From assembly GCA_021775005.1 (NCBI GenBank), contig JAJFIK010000056.1:27408-91407 (forward strand): 64,000 bases of DNA, in the 5' to 3' direction. Position 1 is the stretch's first letter. The number at the start of each line of letters is the position of its first letter. Source of the DNA: Rhodospirillales bacterium (GTDB lineage Bacteria; Pseudomonadota; Alphaproteobacteria; JAJFIK01). The notes under the pieces are model-generated. The model made no database searches and was not told the DNA's origin. It was given only the letters and a program-made list of their open reading frames with translations. Below, piece by piece: positions 45,190-55,097 of this stretch. The position numbers and the translations under genes were made by a program.

Positions 45190-45849
45190 CTATCCAGTTG
45201 ATTTTATTGGATATTTTGCCGAAAGAGAAATAGAAGTTTCGCTCGATTCCGCCTCAATATTTGCACCCTGAGCCCGCGAAATAAGCGCCGCATAATAGGC
45301 CTGGATGGACCGCGGATCGAGTTGATCAAAGACCGGCTCCCCCGCCAGCAACGATTTGGTCACATCTTCAAAACGGATCAGCTTGCCCGCTGCATGAACC
45401 GTGATCATCAAAGCATCTTCTTCTTGCATGATGGCGGTCGTAAGCTCACCGCCAAGCGGGATGCCTTCGATACCGATAAGGATAAAATTCATAAGCAGCT
45501 TAATGGCATCTTTGGGAGCGGCCATAGCTGGCGCATCCCAAACAAGCGACGCCTTGGTGGTCGCCACATATTCGCGCACCACTGCTTCCACTTCGCTCAC
45601 GTCGAATTGATCACCGGCTGAAGATCCCGCGCCAAATGCGAGCCGCGCGAATTTTAATTTCGCGGTCGCCTGCGCCGCACTGGAGCCGATAAGATCCATG
45701 GCAAAGCCGCGCATCTCAGCATCGGGTTCATCGGCGAGCACTTCCAGGCCATTGGCCAACGCGCCCACGGGCCCGATTAAATCGTGGCACAGCCGCGAAG
45801 ACAAAAGTGCTGCAGTAGCAAGCTCGCGCGCGGCATTATCTTCGGCCAT
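45190..45849 (-). CDS. chpT: Histidine phosphotransferase ChpT
   Basis: 219-aa ORF. LLSSRLCHDLIGPVGALANGLEVL is the ChpT His-box signature. The C-terminal pseudo-ATPase domain lacks G-boxes. Confidence 0.85.
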   Translation of the reverse strand: MAEDNAARELATAALLSSRLCHDLIGPVGALANGLEVLADEPDAEMRGFAMDLIGSSAAQATAKLKFARLAFGAGSSAGDQFDVSEVEAVVREYVATTKASLVWDAPAMAAPKDAIKLLMNFILIGIEGIPLGGELTTAIMQEEDALMITVHAAGKLIRFEDVTKSLLAGEPVFDQLDPRSIQAYYAALISRAQGANIEAESSETSISLSAKYPIKSTG

Positions 45850-46025
45850 AGGTCCCGTCTCCCGTTACATCCCAATAGGCGCAAACCTGACGATTGATTT
45901 GGGGGTTTGCCAAGCAAAATCGCGGAAAACCTGGCGTATTTTCAAAGCCAAGGGCGCTTGACCCCTCCGGCCTTCAATGCTTGGGTCCGCGCCATTCTTC
46001 TGGGCATGGACATTACGGGGACATT

Positions 46026-46826
46026 ATGGATCGAGAACTGCTTCTGGCGGGGCTGTGCGAGGCGGTGGTGAAGGCGTCTGACGTCATTATGTATCACTAC
46101 AGCCACGACATCGAGGTCATGGAAAAGGGCGATAAATCGCCTGTGACGATTGCTGATCAAAAAGCCGAGGTGATCATCCTTGAAGAGCTGGCACGTATTG
46201 CCCCTGAAATCCCTGTAGTGGCGGAAGAAGCTTGTTCTGCAGGGAACATCCCCTCTGAACTGGGATCGCGTTTCTTCCTTGTTGATCCACTGGATGGGAC
46301 CAAAGAATTTCTCAAACGCAACGGCGAATTTACCGTCAACATCGGTCTTATTGAAGACGGCATCCCCACCATGGGGGCGGTCTATGCCCCGGCGCTTGAT
46401 CGACTTTATTTCGGTAGCGAAGAAGGCGGTGCGTATGTTCAATCCGTGCGGCCAAGCCATGGCGCAGAAGATCTCAAATCGAATGACGCCACACCCATCA
46501 CCGTACGCAAAGCCCCCGCGGCCGGCATTGTTGCGGTTACCAGCCGCTCGCACATGGATAACCAAACCAAGGCTTATCTTGAAGGCTTCAAAGTCGCCGA
46601 GTTAAAGCCGTCAGGGTCCTCACTCAAGTTCTGCCTGGTGGCCACCGGGGAGGCCGATCTTTACCCGCGCTTTGGGCCGACTTGTGAGTGGGATGTTGCC
46701 GCTGCCCATGCGGTGCTGCGTGCCGCAGGGGGATCGGTTGAGGTCATCGGCGGGGGGCCGATGGTTTATGGCAAGACCGAGGTACGGTTCCTAAATCCTG
46801 GCTTTATTGCCAAAGGCGACCTTTAG
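46026..46826 (+). CDS. cysQ: 3'(2'),5'-bisphosphate nucleotidase (inositol monophosphatase family)
   Basis: Start at MDRELLLAGL. Motifs KSPVTIADQKAE, FLVDPLDGTKEF and WDVAAAHAVL. Confidence 0.8.
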   Translation: MDRELLLAGLCEAVVKASDVIMYHYSHDIEVMEKGDKSPVTIADQKAEVIILEELARIAPEIPVVAEEACSAGNIPSELGSRFFLVDPLDGTKEFLKRNGEFTVNIGLIEDGIPTMGAVYAPALDRLYFGSEEGGAYVQSVRPSHGAEDLKSNDATPITVRKAPAAGIVAVTSRSHMDNQTKAYLEGFKVAELKPSGSSLKFCLVATGEADLYPRFGPTCEWDVAAAHAVLRAAGGSVEVIGGGPMVYGKTEVRFLNPGFIAKGDL

Positions 46827-47103
46827 GCGAGAGTCACGATTTTCTGATTTGGGAGAAGCCGGCGGGTGGTTGTCACCCCCGCAATCAACCACACCACCGG
46901 CCCCAAAGCCGCTCGCGCCGTAAACGTCGCAAACGGTCGACTTGTGCGACGCACCAGGGCGCGCACAAGCACCCAAAAGACCTAGCAAGCCCCGTGCCGA
47001 ACCATTCCGATACAAGCAAAGAATGTGACGATGGCAGGTGACGTGGGGCCCGCAATCCGGCAAAATGGGAATCAGGCAGGGATCAAAATAGGGAGTTTCC
47101 CAA

Positions 47104-47682
47104 ATGGGAATTGAGAATAATTTGGCCAAGGTATTGGTGGCTGCGCTTTTTCTGGCGGTGAGTTTCATCATGCCCGCCGCGGCACAGGACAATGCGGAAG
47201 ATGCCTTTACCGAGAACGAGATCGTCGCCGCTGTCGCCGATTTCTTTAACATCACCACCGAAGCTGCAGCTGACGTTGTTGAGCGCGTGTTCGAAGACCT
47301 GGGGCAGCCTAATGGCTACATCACAGGGTCCGAGGGATCAGGCGCTATTGGTGTTGGCCTTCGCTATGGCGAGGGCAATCTTTTTTTGAAAACTGGCGAA
47401 ACCCGCCGGGTATTTTGGCAAGGGCCATCAGTGGGCTTTGATCTTGGCGGGAACGCAAGCCAGGTCTTCACGCTGGTCTATGGCATAAACGACGCCGATT
47501 ACATTTATCGTCGTTTCCCTGGCGTGGAAGGATCAGCATATTTCATCGCCGGCATTGGCGTGAATTACCAGCGCGATGAGCAGGTGACGTTAGTGCCCAT
47601 GCGGACCGGTGTCGGCTTCCGCGCTGGCGCGAATATTGGTTATCTCGCCTATTCCCGCCGTCGTCATTGGCTCCCGTTCTAA
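47104..47682 (+). CDS. DUF1134 domain protein (secreted)
   Basis: Signal peptide, then GYITGSEGSGAIGVGLRYGEGNLFLK...FWQGPSVGFDLGGNASQVF...VPMRTGVGFRAGANIGYL, matching my memory of DUF1134. Confidence 0.7.
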   Translation: MGIENNLAKVLVAALFLAVSFIMPAAAQDNAEDAFTENEIVAAVADFFNITTEAAADVVERVFEDLGQPNGYITGSEGSGAIGVGLRYGEGNLFLKTGETRRVFWQGPSVGFDLGGNASQVFTLVYGINDADYIYRRFPGVEGSAYFIAGIGVNYQRDEQVTLVPMRTGVGFRAGANIGYLAYSRRRHWLPF

Positions 47683-47710
47683 GCCGTTGATTTGATCACC
47701 TCTTGCGTTT

Positions 47711-47746
47711 GCCCCCGATAGCTATATGCCGTCGGGGGCAATTTTA
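47711..47746 (+). terminator. Terminator-like hairpin after the DUF1134 gene
   Basis: GCCCCCGA (47711-47718) / TCGGGGGC (47732-47739) with a 13-nt loop, followed by AATTTTA. Confidence 0.45.
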
Positions 47747-47756
47747 TGAGAACACT

Positions 47757-48719
47757 ATGACCGAGGTGCAAGAGCATATCGTCGCCGAAGGCCCTGCCCG
47801 ACTGGACAAGGCATTGGCGGAGCTTTGCGATGGCATCAGCCGTTCGCGGCTAAAGGCTCTCATACTCGACGGCAAAGTGATGATTAACGGCGCTGTGGCG
47901 GCTGACCCCTCCGCCAAAGTAAACGAGTATGATCTCCTGCTCGTCCAGGTTCCCGATGTAGCCCCGCCTGAGCCCATCGGCCAAGACATCCCCCTCAACA
48001 TCGCATTTGAGGATGAGCATCTCATCGTCATCAACAAGCCTGCGGGGATGGTAGTGCATCCCGCCCCTGGTAATCCGGACGGCACGATGGTGAACGCGCT
48101 TATCGCCCATTGTGGGGAAAGTCTAAAAGGCATTGGCGGCATTGCCCGCCCCGGCATCGTCCACCGCATCGATAAGGACACCAGCGGGCTCTTAGTGGCT
48201 GCTAAAACCGATGACGCCCACGCTGGCCTCTCCGCCCTTTTCGCCGCCCACGATATTGAGCGCGTTTACACGGCCGTCTTGCGTGGCAGTCCGCGGCCGG
48301 GCAAGGGCTCTGTTGACGGGCCCATGGCCCGCAGCAAGGCCAATCGACTGAAAATGACCGTGGTGCGCAGCGGCGGCAAAGCCGCCCGCACCCACTTTAC
48401 TCTCAAGAAATCCTATGGCCCTCAAGCCGACCCTGTCGCGAGCCTTGTGGAGTGCCGCCTGGAAACCGGTCGGACCCATCAGATTCGCGTTCATATGGCC
48501 CATATCGGCCACCCGGTGATCGGGGATCCGCTCTATGGACGCGGGCTGCGCCTTAAGGGTGGGGCAAAAACGCCAGGGATTCTGCGGCATTTCCCACGTC
48601 AGGCCCTTCATGCCGGGACTTTGGGATTTCGCCATCCTGTGACGGATGTCCCATTGCAGCTCACCGCCGCTCTCCCCGAAGATATGACAGAGTTAATAGG
48701 CGCGCTTGAGCAGATGTAA
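47757..48719 (+). CDS. rluD: RluA-family 23S rRNA pseudouridine synthase (RluD-like, S4 domain)
   Basis: Start at MTEVQEHIV. S4-like RLDKALAEL...SRSRLKALILDGKVMING and catalytic HRIDKDTSGLLV. Confidence 0.85.
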   Translation: MTEVQEHIVAEGPARLDKALAELCDGISRSRLKALILDGKVMINGAVAADPSAKVNEYDLLLVQVPDVAPPEPIGQDIPLNIAFEDEHLIVINKPAGMVVHPAPGNPDGTMVNALIAHCGESLKGIGGIARPGIVHRIDKDTSGLLVAAKTDDAHAGLSALFAAHDIERVYTAVLRGSPRPGKGSVDGPMARSKANRLKMTVVRSGGKAARTHFTLKKSYGPQADPVASLVECRLETGRTHQIRVHMAHIGHPVIGDPLYGRGLRLKGGAKTPGILRHFPRQALHAGTLGFRHPVTDVPLQLTAALPEDMTELIGALEQM

Positions 48720-48878
48720 TGGCTTCGTGGGACCCCTTAAAATCCTCACTTATCCTCCCTACATCTACCCTGGGACTGTCTGCCGTATGCTTCCGGTGAA
48801 GGTACGGCGTTGCACTTACGGCTTGCTGCCAATTGTGGGGCAAGTACGAGGTCGAGCGACCGAGAAAGGGACGAGGAC

Positions 48879-49790
48879 ATGGCTTCCACGACACTACCAG
48901 CCCTCACGCCGGAGGGCGGGCTATCACGCTACCTCTCTGAAATCCGCAACTATCCGATGCTTGAGCCGGAAGAAGAGTACATGCTCGCCAAAAGCTGGAA
49001 AGAGCATGAAGATAGCGAATCCGCACACAAACTAGTCACCAGTCATTTACGCCTCGTGGCCAAGATCGCCATGGGCTATCGCGGCTATGGCTTGCCCATG
49101 GGGGAAGTAATTTCCGAAGGCAATGTGGGCCTGATGCAGGCGGTGAAAAAGTTTGAGCCTGAAAAAGGCTTCCGCCTGGCGACCTATGCCATGTGGTGGA
49201 TCCGCGCTTCGATCCAGGAATACATCTTGCGCTCGTGGAGCCTTGTGAAGATCGGCACCACCGCCGCGCAGAAAAAATTGTTCTTCAACCTGCGCAAGAT
49301 CAAAGGACAGATCAGCGCGCTGGAAGACGGCGACTTGCGCCCCGATCAAGTGGAGAAGATCGCAACGCGGCTTGGGGTGACTGAGGGCGAAGTTGTGATG
49401 ATGAACCGCCGCATGACCGGCGGCGACAACTCGCTCAATGCGCCCATGGGCGGCGAAGAGGGCGGCAGCGAGTGGCAGGATTGGCTCGTTGACGAAACAG
49501 AAACCCAAGAAGAAGAACTTGCCGACCGCGAGGAGCTTGATGATCGCCGGGTGCTTCTAACCGCTGCTATGGCTGAGTTGAATGAGCGCGAGCGGCACAT
49601 TTTTGAAAAGCGCCGCCTGGCTGACCCACCTATCACGTTGGAAGATCTGTCCAAGGAATTTGGCGTGAGCCGCGAACGGGTACGCCAAATCGAAGTGCGC
49701 GCCTTTGAAAAAGTGCAAAAAGCCATGCATGCAGCGGTGAAAGAAAACCGCCGTGAGGTGGCCGAAGCACGGGCGGAATACGGGGCCTAG
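48879..49790 (+). CDS. rpoH: RNA polymerase sigma-32 factor
   Basis: Start at MASTTLPALTPEGGLSRYLSEIRNYPML. RpoB-box-like region QKKLFFNLRKIKG (the RpoH box) and region 4.2 ITLEDLSKEFGVSRERVRQIE. Confidence 0.9.
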   Translation: MASTTLPALTPEGGLSRYLSEIRNYPMLEPEEEYMLAKSWKEHEDSESAHKLVTSHLRLVAKIAMGYRGYGLPMGEVISEGNVGLMQAVKKFEPEKGFRLATYAMWWIRASIQEYILRSWSLVKIGTTAAQKKLFFNLRKIKGQISALEDGDLRPDQVEKIATRLGVTEGEVVMMNRRMTGGDNSLNAPMGGEEGGSEWQDWLVDETETQEEELADREELDDRRVLLTAAMAELNERERHIFEKRRLADPPITLEDLSKEFGVSRERVRQIEVRAFEKVQKAMHAAVKENRREVAEARAEYGA

Positions 49791-49799
49791 GCTTGACTA

Positions 49800-49831
49800 G
49801 TCCCATATGAGACTATATATTGTCCCATATG
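49800..49831 (+). promoter_or_regulatory. Direct repeat GTCCCATATG x2 flanking TATATAT, candidate promoter/operator of the TA module
   Basis: Copies at 49800-49809 and 49822-49831, 22 nt apart. Each contains the CATATG palindrome. The second overlaps the antitoxin start codon. Confidence 0.45.
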
Positions 49832-50263
49832 GAACATGCCATTGTCGATTACCGAGAAGAGCTTAGCCTCCTGGGAGGAGCCAGAAATTTTGGCAATCCC
49901 AAGAGCTATATGGAGCTTCACAGTTTCGTTCTGTCCAACAAAGTGAATATTTCCTCCTTTCATGCATTTGCAAAAATTGCACAACTTTCGAGCAATCTGA
50001 AATTTCAGATTGTCCCGAAGTCTACTGCTGCAAGAGCGAAAACCATTTCTAGTGGACCAACGGACAAGCTACTACGCCTTGCTCATTTGACGGTTGTCGC
50101 AAAGTCAATATTTGATGACAACATAGACGTAGCTGTTGAATTCTTAAACAAACCGCATCCAGAGTTGGGTAACCATTCGCCGTACGAGTTCGCAATGACC
50201 GACATTGGCAGTCGTCAAGTCGAGTCTTTGCTTCGCAAGATAGAGTATGGCCTACCCGCTTAG
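49829..50263 (+). CDS. Xre/ParS/MbcA-type antitoxin (DUF2384 toxin-binding domain)
   Basis: C-terminal [38 protein letters not shown] matches the DUF2384 pattern (W/FL..pnp.LgG..P.....t..G...V...L.rie.G). The start is ATG 49829 or TTG 49820. G+C is low. Confidence 0.75.
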   Translation: MEHAIVDYREELSLLGGARNFGNPKSYMELHSFVLSNKVNISSFHAFAKIAQLSSNLKFQIVPKSTAARAKTISSGPTDKLLRLAHLTVVAKSIFDDNIDVAVEFLNKPHPELGNHSPYEFAMTDIGSRQVESLLRKIEYGLPA

Positions 50264-50789
50264 TGGCCGCCTTGCGGCTCATCGAGTTGGCATCCCGAAG
50301 GAGTACCCGCTCTACAGCGGAATGGGTGCACAGCTCTACGGTGCCAGGTGGAACTCACCTGGGCAACCAGCCATTTATGCCAGTCTAAGCTATGGAACCG
50401 CACTGCTGGAACTTTCTGTGCACCTCAATGGCATGCCAATTCCAAGCACGCTTCGAAGGATTGAAATCGACATTCCGCCCAGAGTTTCAAGGCACCCTTT
50501 GTCTGTGAACACAGCTCCAGGCTGGCAGTCACAAACCACAAAATCTACACAATCCATTGGAGACAACTGGCTAGCTAGCCAACAGAGTGCAGTATTGATC
50601 GTGCCATCAGTGATCGCGCCATTGGATTGGAATATTGTGATCAACCCGCTGCATCCGGACGTGCGTTATATTTCATACGGAGCAGAGATGCCCGTTGTGA
50701 CGGATCCACGACTCCAGGCCATTGGAACCGCAACCGCAAAAAGCAACCCCAAAAAGAAAACTAATCTGCAAAAGGGTCGCGCATCATGA
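50247..50789 (+). CDS. RES-domain toxin (NAD+-targeting ParT/MbcT family)
   Basis: [29 protein letters not shown] (Arg and Glu) and [22 protein letters not shown] (Ser) are the RES signature. It overlaps the antitoxin by 17 nt. Its 3' end overlaps the purA 3' end by 29 nt. Confidence 0.8.
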   Translation: MAYPLSGRLAAHRVGIPKEYPLYSGMGAQLYGARWNSPGQPAIYASLSYGTALLELSVHLNGMPIPSTLRRIEIDIPPRVSRHPLSVNTAPGWQSQTTKSTQSIGDNWLASQQSAVLIVPSVIAPLDWNIVINPLHPDVRYISYGAEMPVVTDPRLQAIGTATAKSNPKKKTNLQKGRAS

Positions 50790-52053
50790 TGGTGTCGTCC
50801 CGCTCCGGTGAGGTGCTGAGAAGCACTACGGGCACGCCGATCAGTTCTTCAATGCGCTTGACGTATTTCACCGCTTCGGCGGGCAGCTCCGCCCAGGAGC
50901 GCGCGCCTTCAGTGGAATCCGACCACCCTTCAATGGTCTCATAGATCGGCTCCACGCGGGATTGCGGCCCCATGCCTGTGGGGAAGTAGTCGAGTTCCTT
51001 GCCATCAAGCATGTAGCCCATGCCGATCTTCAGCTCTTCAAAGCCATCAAGCACATCAAGCTTGGTAAGCACGATGCCGGTGACCCCCGACGTGATCATG
51101 CTCTGGCGTACCAAGGTGGCATCAAACCAGCCGCAGCGGCGCTGACGCCCCGTGACGGTGCCAAATTCGTGCCCGCGCTCGCCCAAGCGTTGACCGTTCT
51201 CATCATCCAGCTCTGTCGGGAACGGCCCCTCCCCCACGCGCGTGGTGTAGGCCTTAGTAATGCCGAGCACGAAGCCAATGGCCGACGGCCCCATGCCGGA
51301 CCCCGCCGATGCCTGCCCCGCCACGGTGTTGGATGAAGTCACAAATGGATAGGTGCCGTGATCCACATCCAAGAGCACCCCTTGCGCGCCTTCAAAAAGA
51401 ATGCGCTTGCCGGCAACGCGGGCGTCATTAAGCCGGCGCCAAACATTACCTGCGTAGGGGAGAATCTTTGGTGCGATCTCTAAACACTGCGTCACAAGCG
51501 TATCTGCATTGACCTCATCCCGGCCAAAGCCGCGCCTGAGGGCATTGTGATGCTCCAGTAGCATGTCGATGCGCTTGGCGAGCATGTCTTTGTCGGCGAG
51601 ATCACTTACGCGCACAGCGCGGCGACCGGCTTTGTCCTCGTAAGCAGGGCCAATGCCGCGCTTGGTGGTGCCAATGCGGGTGGAGACATTGCTGGACTCG
51701 CGCAGGATATCAATTTCCGAATGCACCGGCAGGATCAGCACCGCATTGTCGGCCACAACAAGGCTTTCCGGCGTAATGGAAACGCCGCGCGCGGTTAATT
51801 CCGCAATCTCTTTGTCCAGCGCCCAGGGGTCAATGACAACGCCGTTGCCCAGCACCGACAGCTTGCCCGGGCGCACAATGCCAGACGGTAACAGCGATAG
51901 CTTGAAAACCACCCCGTCGATGACCAACGTGTGGCCCGCGTTGTGACCGCCCTGAAAGCGCACCACCACATCGGCGCGCTCCGAGAGCCAATCCACAACT
52001 TTCCCCTTGCCTTCGTCGCCCCACTGGGCGCCGATCACGGCAACATTGGCCAT
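50761..52053 (-). CDS. purA: Adenylosuccinate synthase
   Basis: 430-aa [18 protein letters not shown]-loop, [37 protein letters not shown]. Confidence 0.95.
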   Translation of the reverse strand: MANVAVIGAQWGDEGKGKVVDWLSERADVVVRFQGGHNAGHTLVIDGVVFKLSLLPSGIVRPGKLSVLGNGVVIDPWALDKEIAELTARGVSITPESLVVADNAVLILPVHSEIDILRESSNVSTRIGTTKRGIGPAYEDKAGRRAVRVSDLADKDMLAKRIDMLLEHHNALRRGFGRDEVNADTLVTQCLEIAPKILPYAGNVWRRLNDARVAGKRILFEGAQGVLLDVDHGTYPFVTSSNTVAGQASAGSGMGPSAIGFVLGITKAYTTRVGEGPFPTELDDENGQRLGERGHEFGTVTGRQRRCGWFDATLVRQSMITSGVTGIVLTKLDVLDGFEELKIGMGYMLDGKELDYFPTGMGPQSRVEPIYETIEGWSDSTEGARSWAELPAEAVKYVKRIEELIGVPVVLLSTSPERDDTIMMRDPFAD

Positions 52054-52143
52054 GCGCGGGCTCCTCTTGATTCGGATAACAATGTCAGACGGTGCCGGAC
52101 CCTATCGGAAAGGCCCCTTGGGGGAAAGCGGACTTTTTGCCGC

Positions 52144-53721
52144 TCAGAATGCCAGCGCCGCGGCGTATTTTACCAGCGGCAGAGCCCTCAATTTCTCCAC
52201 CACATCGTCCGCCACCTGGTGATCCACCTGCATAAGGGCGATGGCCTCACCACCCGCCTCATCGCGGCCCAGGTGGAAGGTGGCGATATTGACCCCTTCT
52301 TCCCCAAGCAAAGTCCCTAAGCGGCCAATGAAGCCGGGCTGATCCTCATTCACCGTGTAGAGCATGTGTGGTGCCAGTTGGGCATCCATGTTGATGCCTT
52401 TCACCTGAATAAGGCGCATCTGGCCGTCGGAATAAATCGTGCCCGCCACGCTGCGGGTGGAGTTGCCCGTCTTCAGCTGGACGCGCATATAGGTTTCATA
52501 GACGCCCTGCTGCTCCCGCGTGGTTTCAGAAATCTTGATACCGCGATCTTTGGCATAAACCGGCGCGCTGATCATGTTCACATCCGTCAGAACCGGCCGC
52601 AGCACACCTGCAATAACTGCGGAGGTGAGTGCCTTGGTATTCATTTTTGCGACCTCACCTTCGTATTCGATACTGACCTCATCTATGGCGCTACGTGTAA
52701 GCTGCCCCACAAATAACCCCAAACGCTCTGCTAATTCCACGAACGGTTTTAGCTTTGGTGCCTCCTCTGCAGAGATGGACGGCATGTTGATGGCGTTCGT
52801 CACCGCGCCCGTAAGCAAATAGTCCGCCATCTGCTCCGCCACCTGAAGCGCGACTTTTTCCTGCGCTTCTGTGGTGGCTGCGCCCAAGTGCGGCGTCGCC
52901 ACCAGATTCTCTGAACCGAACAAGACATTTTCTGTTGCTGGTTCTTCGACAAACACATCCATGGCGGCGCCCGCCAAGTGCCCATCATCGAGGGCTTTGC
53001 GTAGGGCCACTTCGTCTATCAGCCCGCCGCGCGCGCAGTTGATGATCCGCGCGCCGCGTTTCATCATGGCGATGGCGTCGGCAGAGATGATGTTACGGGT
53101 TTTGTCGGTCAGGGGCGTATGGAGCGTCAGGAAATCGGCGCGTTTCAATAGCTCCTCAAGCTCAACCTTCTCAACACCTAATTCTTGCGCGCGGTCTTCG
53201 CTGAGGAATGGATCAAACGCGACAACGCGCATCTTCAAGCCCTGCGCGCGATTGGCGACGATGGAGCCAATATTGCCGCAACCGATGAGTCCCAATGTTT
53301 TACCGGTCACTTCCGCGCCCATGAAGCGGGATTTCTCCCACTTGCCGGACTGTGTTGAGGCATTGGCAGCAGGAATATCTCGCGCCACAGCAAGCATCAT
53401 GGCGATGGCGTGCTCAGCCGTGGTGATGGAGTTCCCAAAAGGGGTGTTCATCACCACGATGCCGCGTGCGCTTGCCGCCGGGATATCAACATTATCAACG
53501 CCGATGCCGGCGCGACCAACGACCTTGAGCTTGTGCGCCGCCTCGACAATCTTGGGCGTGACTTTCGTAGCTGAACGAATGGCCAAACCATCATAATCGC
53601 CGATGATCTTGTGCAGCTCGTCTTTGTCGAGGCCCGGTTTGAAATCAACTTCAATGCCGCGCGCTTTGAATATCTCCACAGCGGCGGGGCTCAATTTGTC
53701 TGAGATCAGTACTTTAGGCAT
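52144..53721 (-). CDS. serA: D-3-phosphoglycerate dehydrogenase (long form with ASB and ACT domains)
   Basis: Start at MPKVLISDKLS. NAD motif GLIGCGNIGS, catalytic region CARGGLIDE...ATPHLGA, and a C-terminal ACT domain. Confidence 0.9.
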   Translation of the reverse strand: MPKVLISDKLSPAAVEIFKARGIEVDFKPGLDKDELHKIIGDYDGLAIRSATKVTPKIVEAAHKLKVVGRAGIGVDNVDIPAASARGIVVMNTPFGNSITTAEHAIAMMLAVARDIPAANASTQSGKWEKSRFMGAEVTGKTLGLIGCGNIGSIVANRAQGLKMRVVAFDPFLSEDRAQELGVEKVELEELLKRADFLTLHTPLTDKTRNIISADAIAMMKRGARIINCARGGLIDEVALRKALDDGHLAGAAMDVFVEEPATENVLFGSENLVATPHLGAATTEAQEKVALQVAEQMADYLLTGAVTNAINMPSISAEEAPKLKPFVELAERLGLFVGQLTRSAIDEVSIEYEGEVAKMNTKALTSAVIAGVLRPVLTDVNMISAPVYAKDRGIKISETTREQQGVYETYMRVQLKTGNSTRSVAGTIYSDGQMRLIQVKGINMDAQLAPHMLYTVNEDQPGFIGRLGTLLGEEGVNIATFHLGRDEAGGEAIALMQVDHQVADDVVEKLRALPLVKYAAALAF

Positions 53722-53745
53722 GGCAGTATCTTTCAATATTGGAAT

Positions 53746-54921
53746 TCAAGATTGCGCGGCTTTGACCTGGGCATAGGCCCAGTCGAGCCACGGGAATAGC
53801 GCTTCGAGATCCGATTGCTCCACGGTGCATCCCGCCCAGATACGCAAACCTGGGGGCGCATCGCGGTAACCGCCGATGTCAAAGGCAACGCCCTCTTTTT
53901 CAAGAAGCGACGCGATCTTTTTGGGAATGGCCACTTGTACGTCTTCGGGCAAGCGCGCAAACCAGGGGTCGATCACCTTGAGACAAACAGAGGTATTGGA
54001 GCGGGTCGCCGCATCTTCGCAAAGATGCCCGATCCAATCGCTCCCCCGCACCCAGGCATCAATGGCCGCGGCATTGCCATCAGCTTTTGCCATCAGGCCG
54101 TCAAGCCCGCCGATGGATCGCCCCCATGCTAGGGCGTCGAGAAAGTCTTCCACACACAACATAGACGGCGTGTTGATCGTTGCGCCGGCGTAAACCCCGT
54201 CGATCAGCTTACCGCCCTTGGTCAGCCGAAAGATTTTTGGCAAGGGCCACGGCGGGATGTAGCTCTCAAGGCGCGCAACAGCACGAGGGCTAAGGGCAAT
54301 CATGCCGTGGGCAGCCTCGCCCCCCATGACCTTTTGCCAGGAGAATGTGACCACATCGAGCTTGGGCCAATCGAGGTCTTGCGCAAATGCGGCCGACGTG
54401 GCGTCGCAGATGGTCAAGCCTTCGCGGTCGTCGGGAACCCAATCGGCGTTGGGAACCCGTACGCCCGATGTGGTGCCATTCCAGGTGAAGACGCAATCGC
54501 GGGCACCATCATACTGGGTCATATCCGGCAGCGCGCCGTAGTCCGCTTCGATGACGCGCACATCATCGAGCTTGAGTTGCTTTTGAACGTCAGACACCCA
54601 CCCGGTGCCAAAACTCTCCCAGGCGAAAATATCAACCCCGCGCGCGCCAAGAAGCGACCAGAGGGCAAGCTCCACCGCGCCCGTGTCCGACGCCGGTACA
54701 ATACCGAGACGATAATCACCGGGCATGCCCAGTAGCTCTTTGGCCTCATTGATGAGAGATTTGAGTTTTGCTTTTCCCGGTGCAGAGCGATGGGACCGCC
54801 CCAAGGCGGCAGCGCTGAGAATTTCCGGTGTCCAACCTGGACGCTTAGCGCACGGTCCAGATGAAAAATGCGGCCGCTCTGGCCGCACGTCAGGCCTTTC
54901 AGCCTGTATTGCTTCAGTCAT
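53746..54921 (-). CDS. serC: Phosphoserine aminotransferase
   Basis: Start at Met104 of the track ORF ([30 protein letters not shown]). [10 protein letters not shown] lysine region. Immediately upstream of serA. The longer track ORF is an implausible extension. Confidence 0.85.
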   Translation of the reverse strand: MTEAIQAERPDVRPERPHFSSGPCAKRPGWTPEILSAAALGRSHRSAPGKAKLKSLINEAKELLGMPGDYRLGIVPASDTGAVELALWSLLGARGVDIFAWESFGTGWVSDVQKQLKLDDVRVIEADYGALPDMTQYDGARDCVFTWNGTTSGVRVPNADWVPDDREGLTICDATSAAFAQDLDWPKLDVVTFSWQKVMGGEAAHGMIALSPRAVARLESYIPPWPLPKIFRLTKGGKLIDGVYAGATINTPSMLCVEDFLDALAWGRSIGGLDGLMAKADGNAAAIDAWVRGSDWIGHLCEDAATRSNTSVCLKVIDPWFARLPEDVQVAIPKKIASLLEKEGVAFDIGGYRDAPPGLRIWAGCTVEQSDLEALFPWLDWAYAQVKAAQS

Positions 54922-55097
54922 CACTATTCCTTCCAGAATAGATGCACCCCGGTGGGGGGGCGTGGCCCACATAGAGGAGAACGCCATTTGCTGCGGCGCG
55001 TCAAATGATCTTTTCGCCGCAGAGGGCAGCCCTGCGAATTTGGGGGCGCTGTTGCGGCCAATGATGTGGTAAGCTTGCGGAAAACTTGAGGAATGCC

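Noticed and set aside
46791-47258. 155-aa minus-strand ORF spanning the cysQ-DUF1134 intergenic region.
   Set aside because: The translation is Cys/Gly/Ala-rich with no recognisable fold. It overlaps both the cysQ 3' end and the well-supported DUF1134 start. The 277-bp gap itself showed no riboswitch-like pattern I could recognise.
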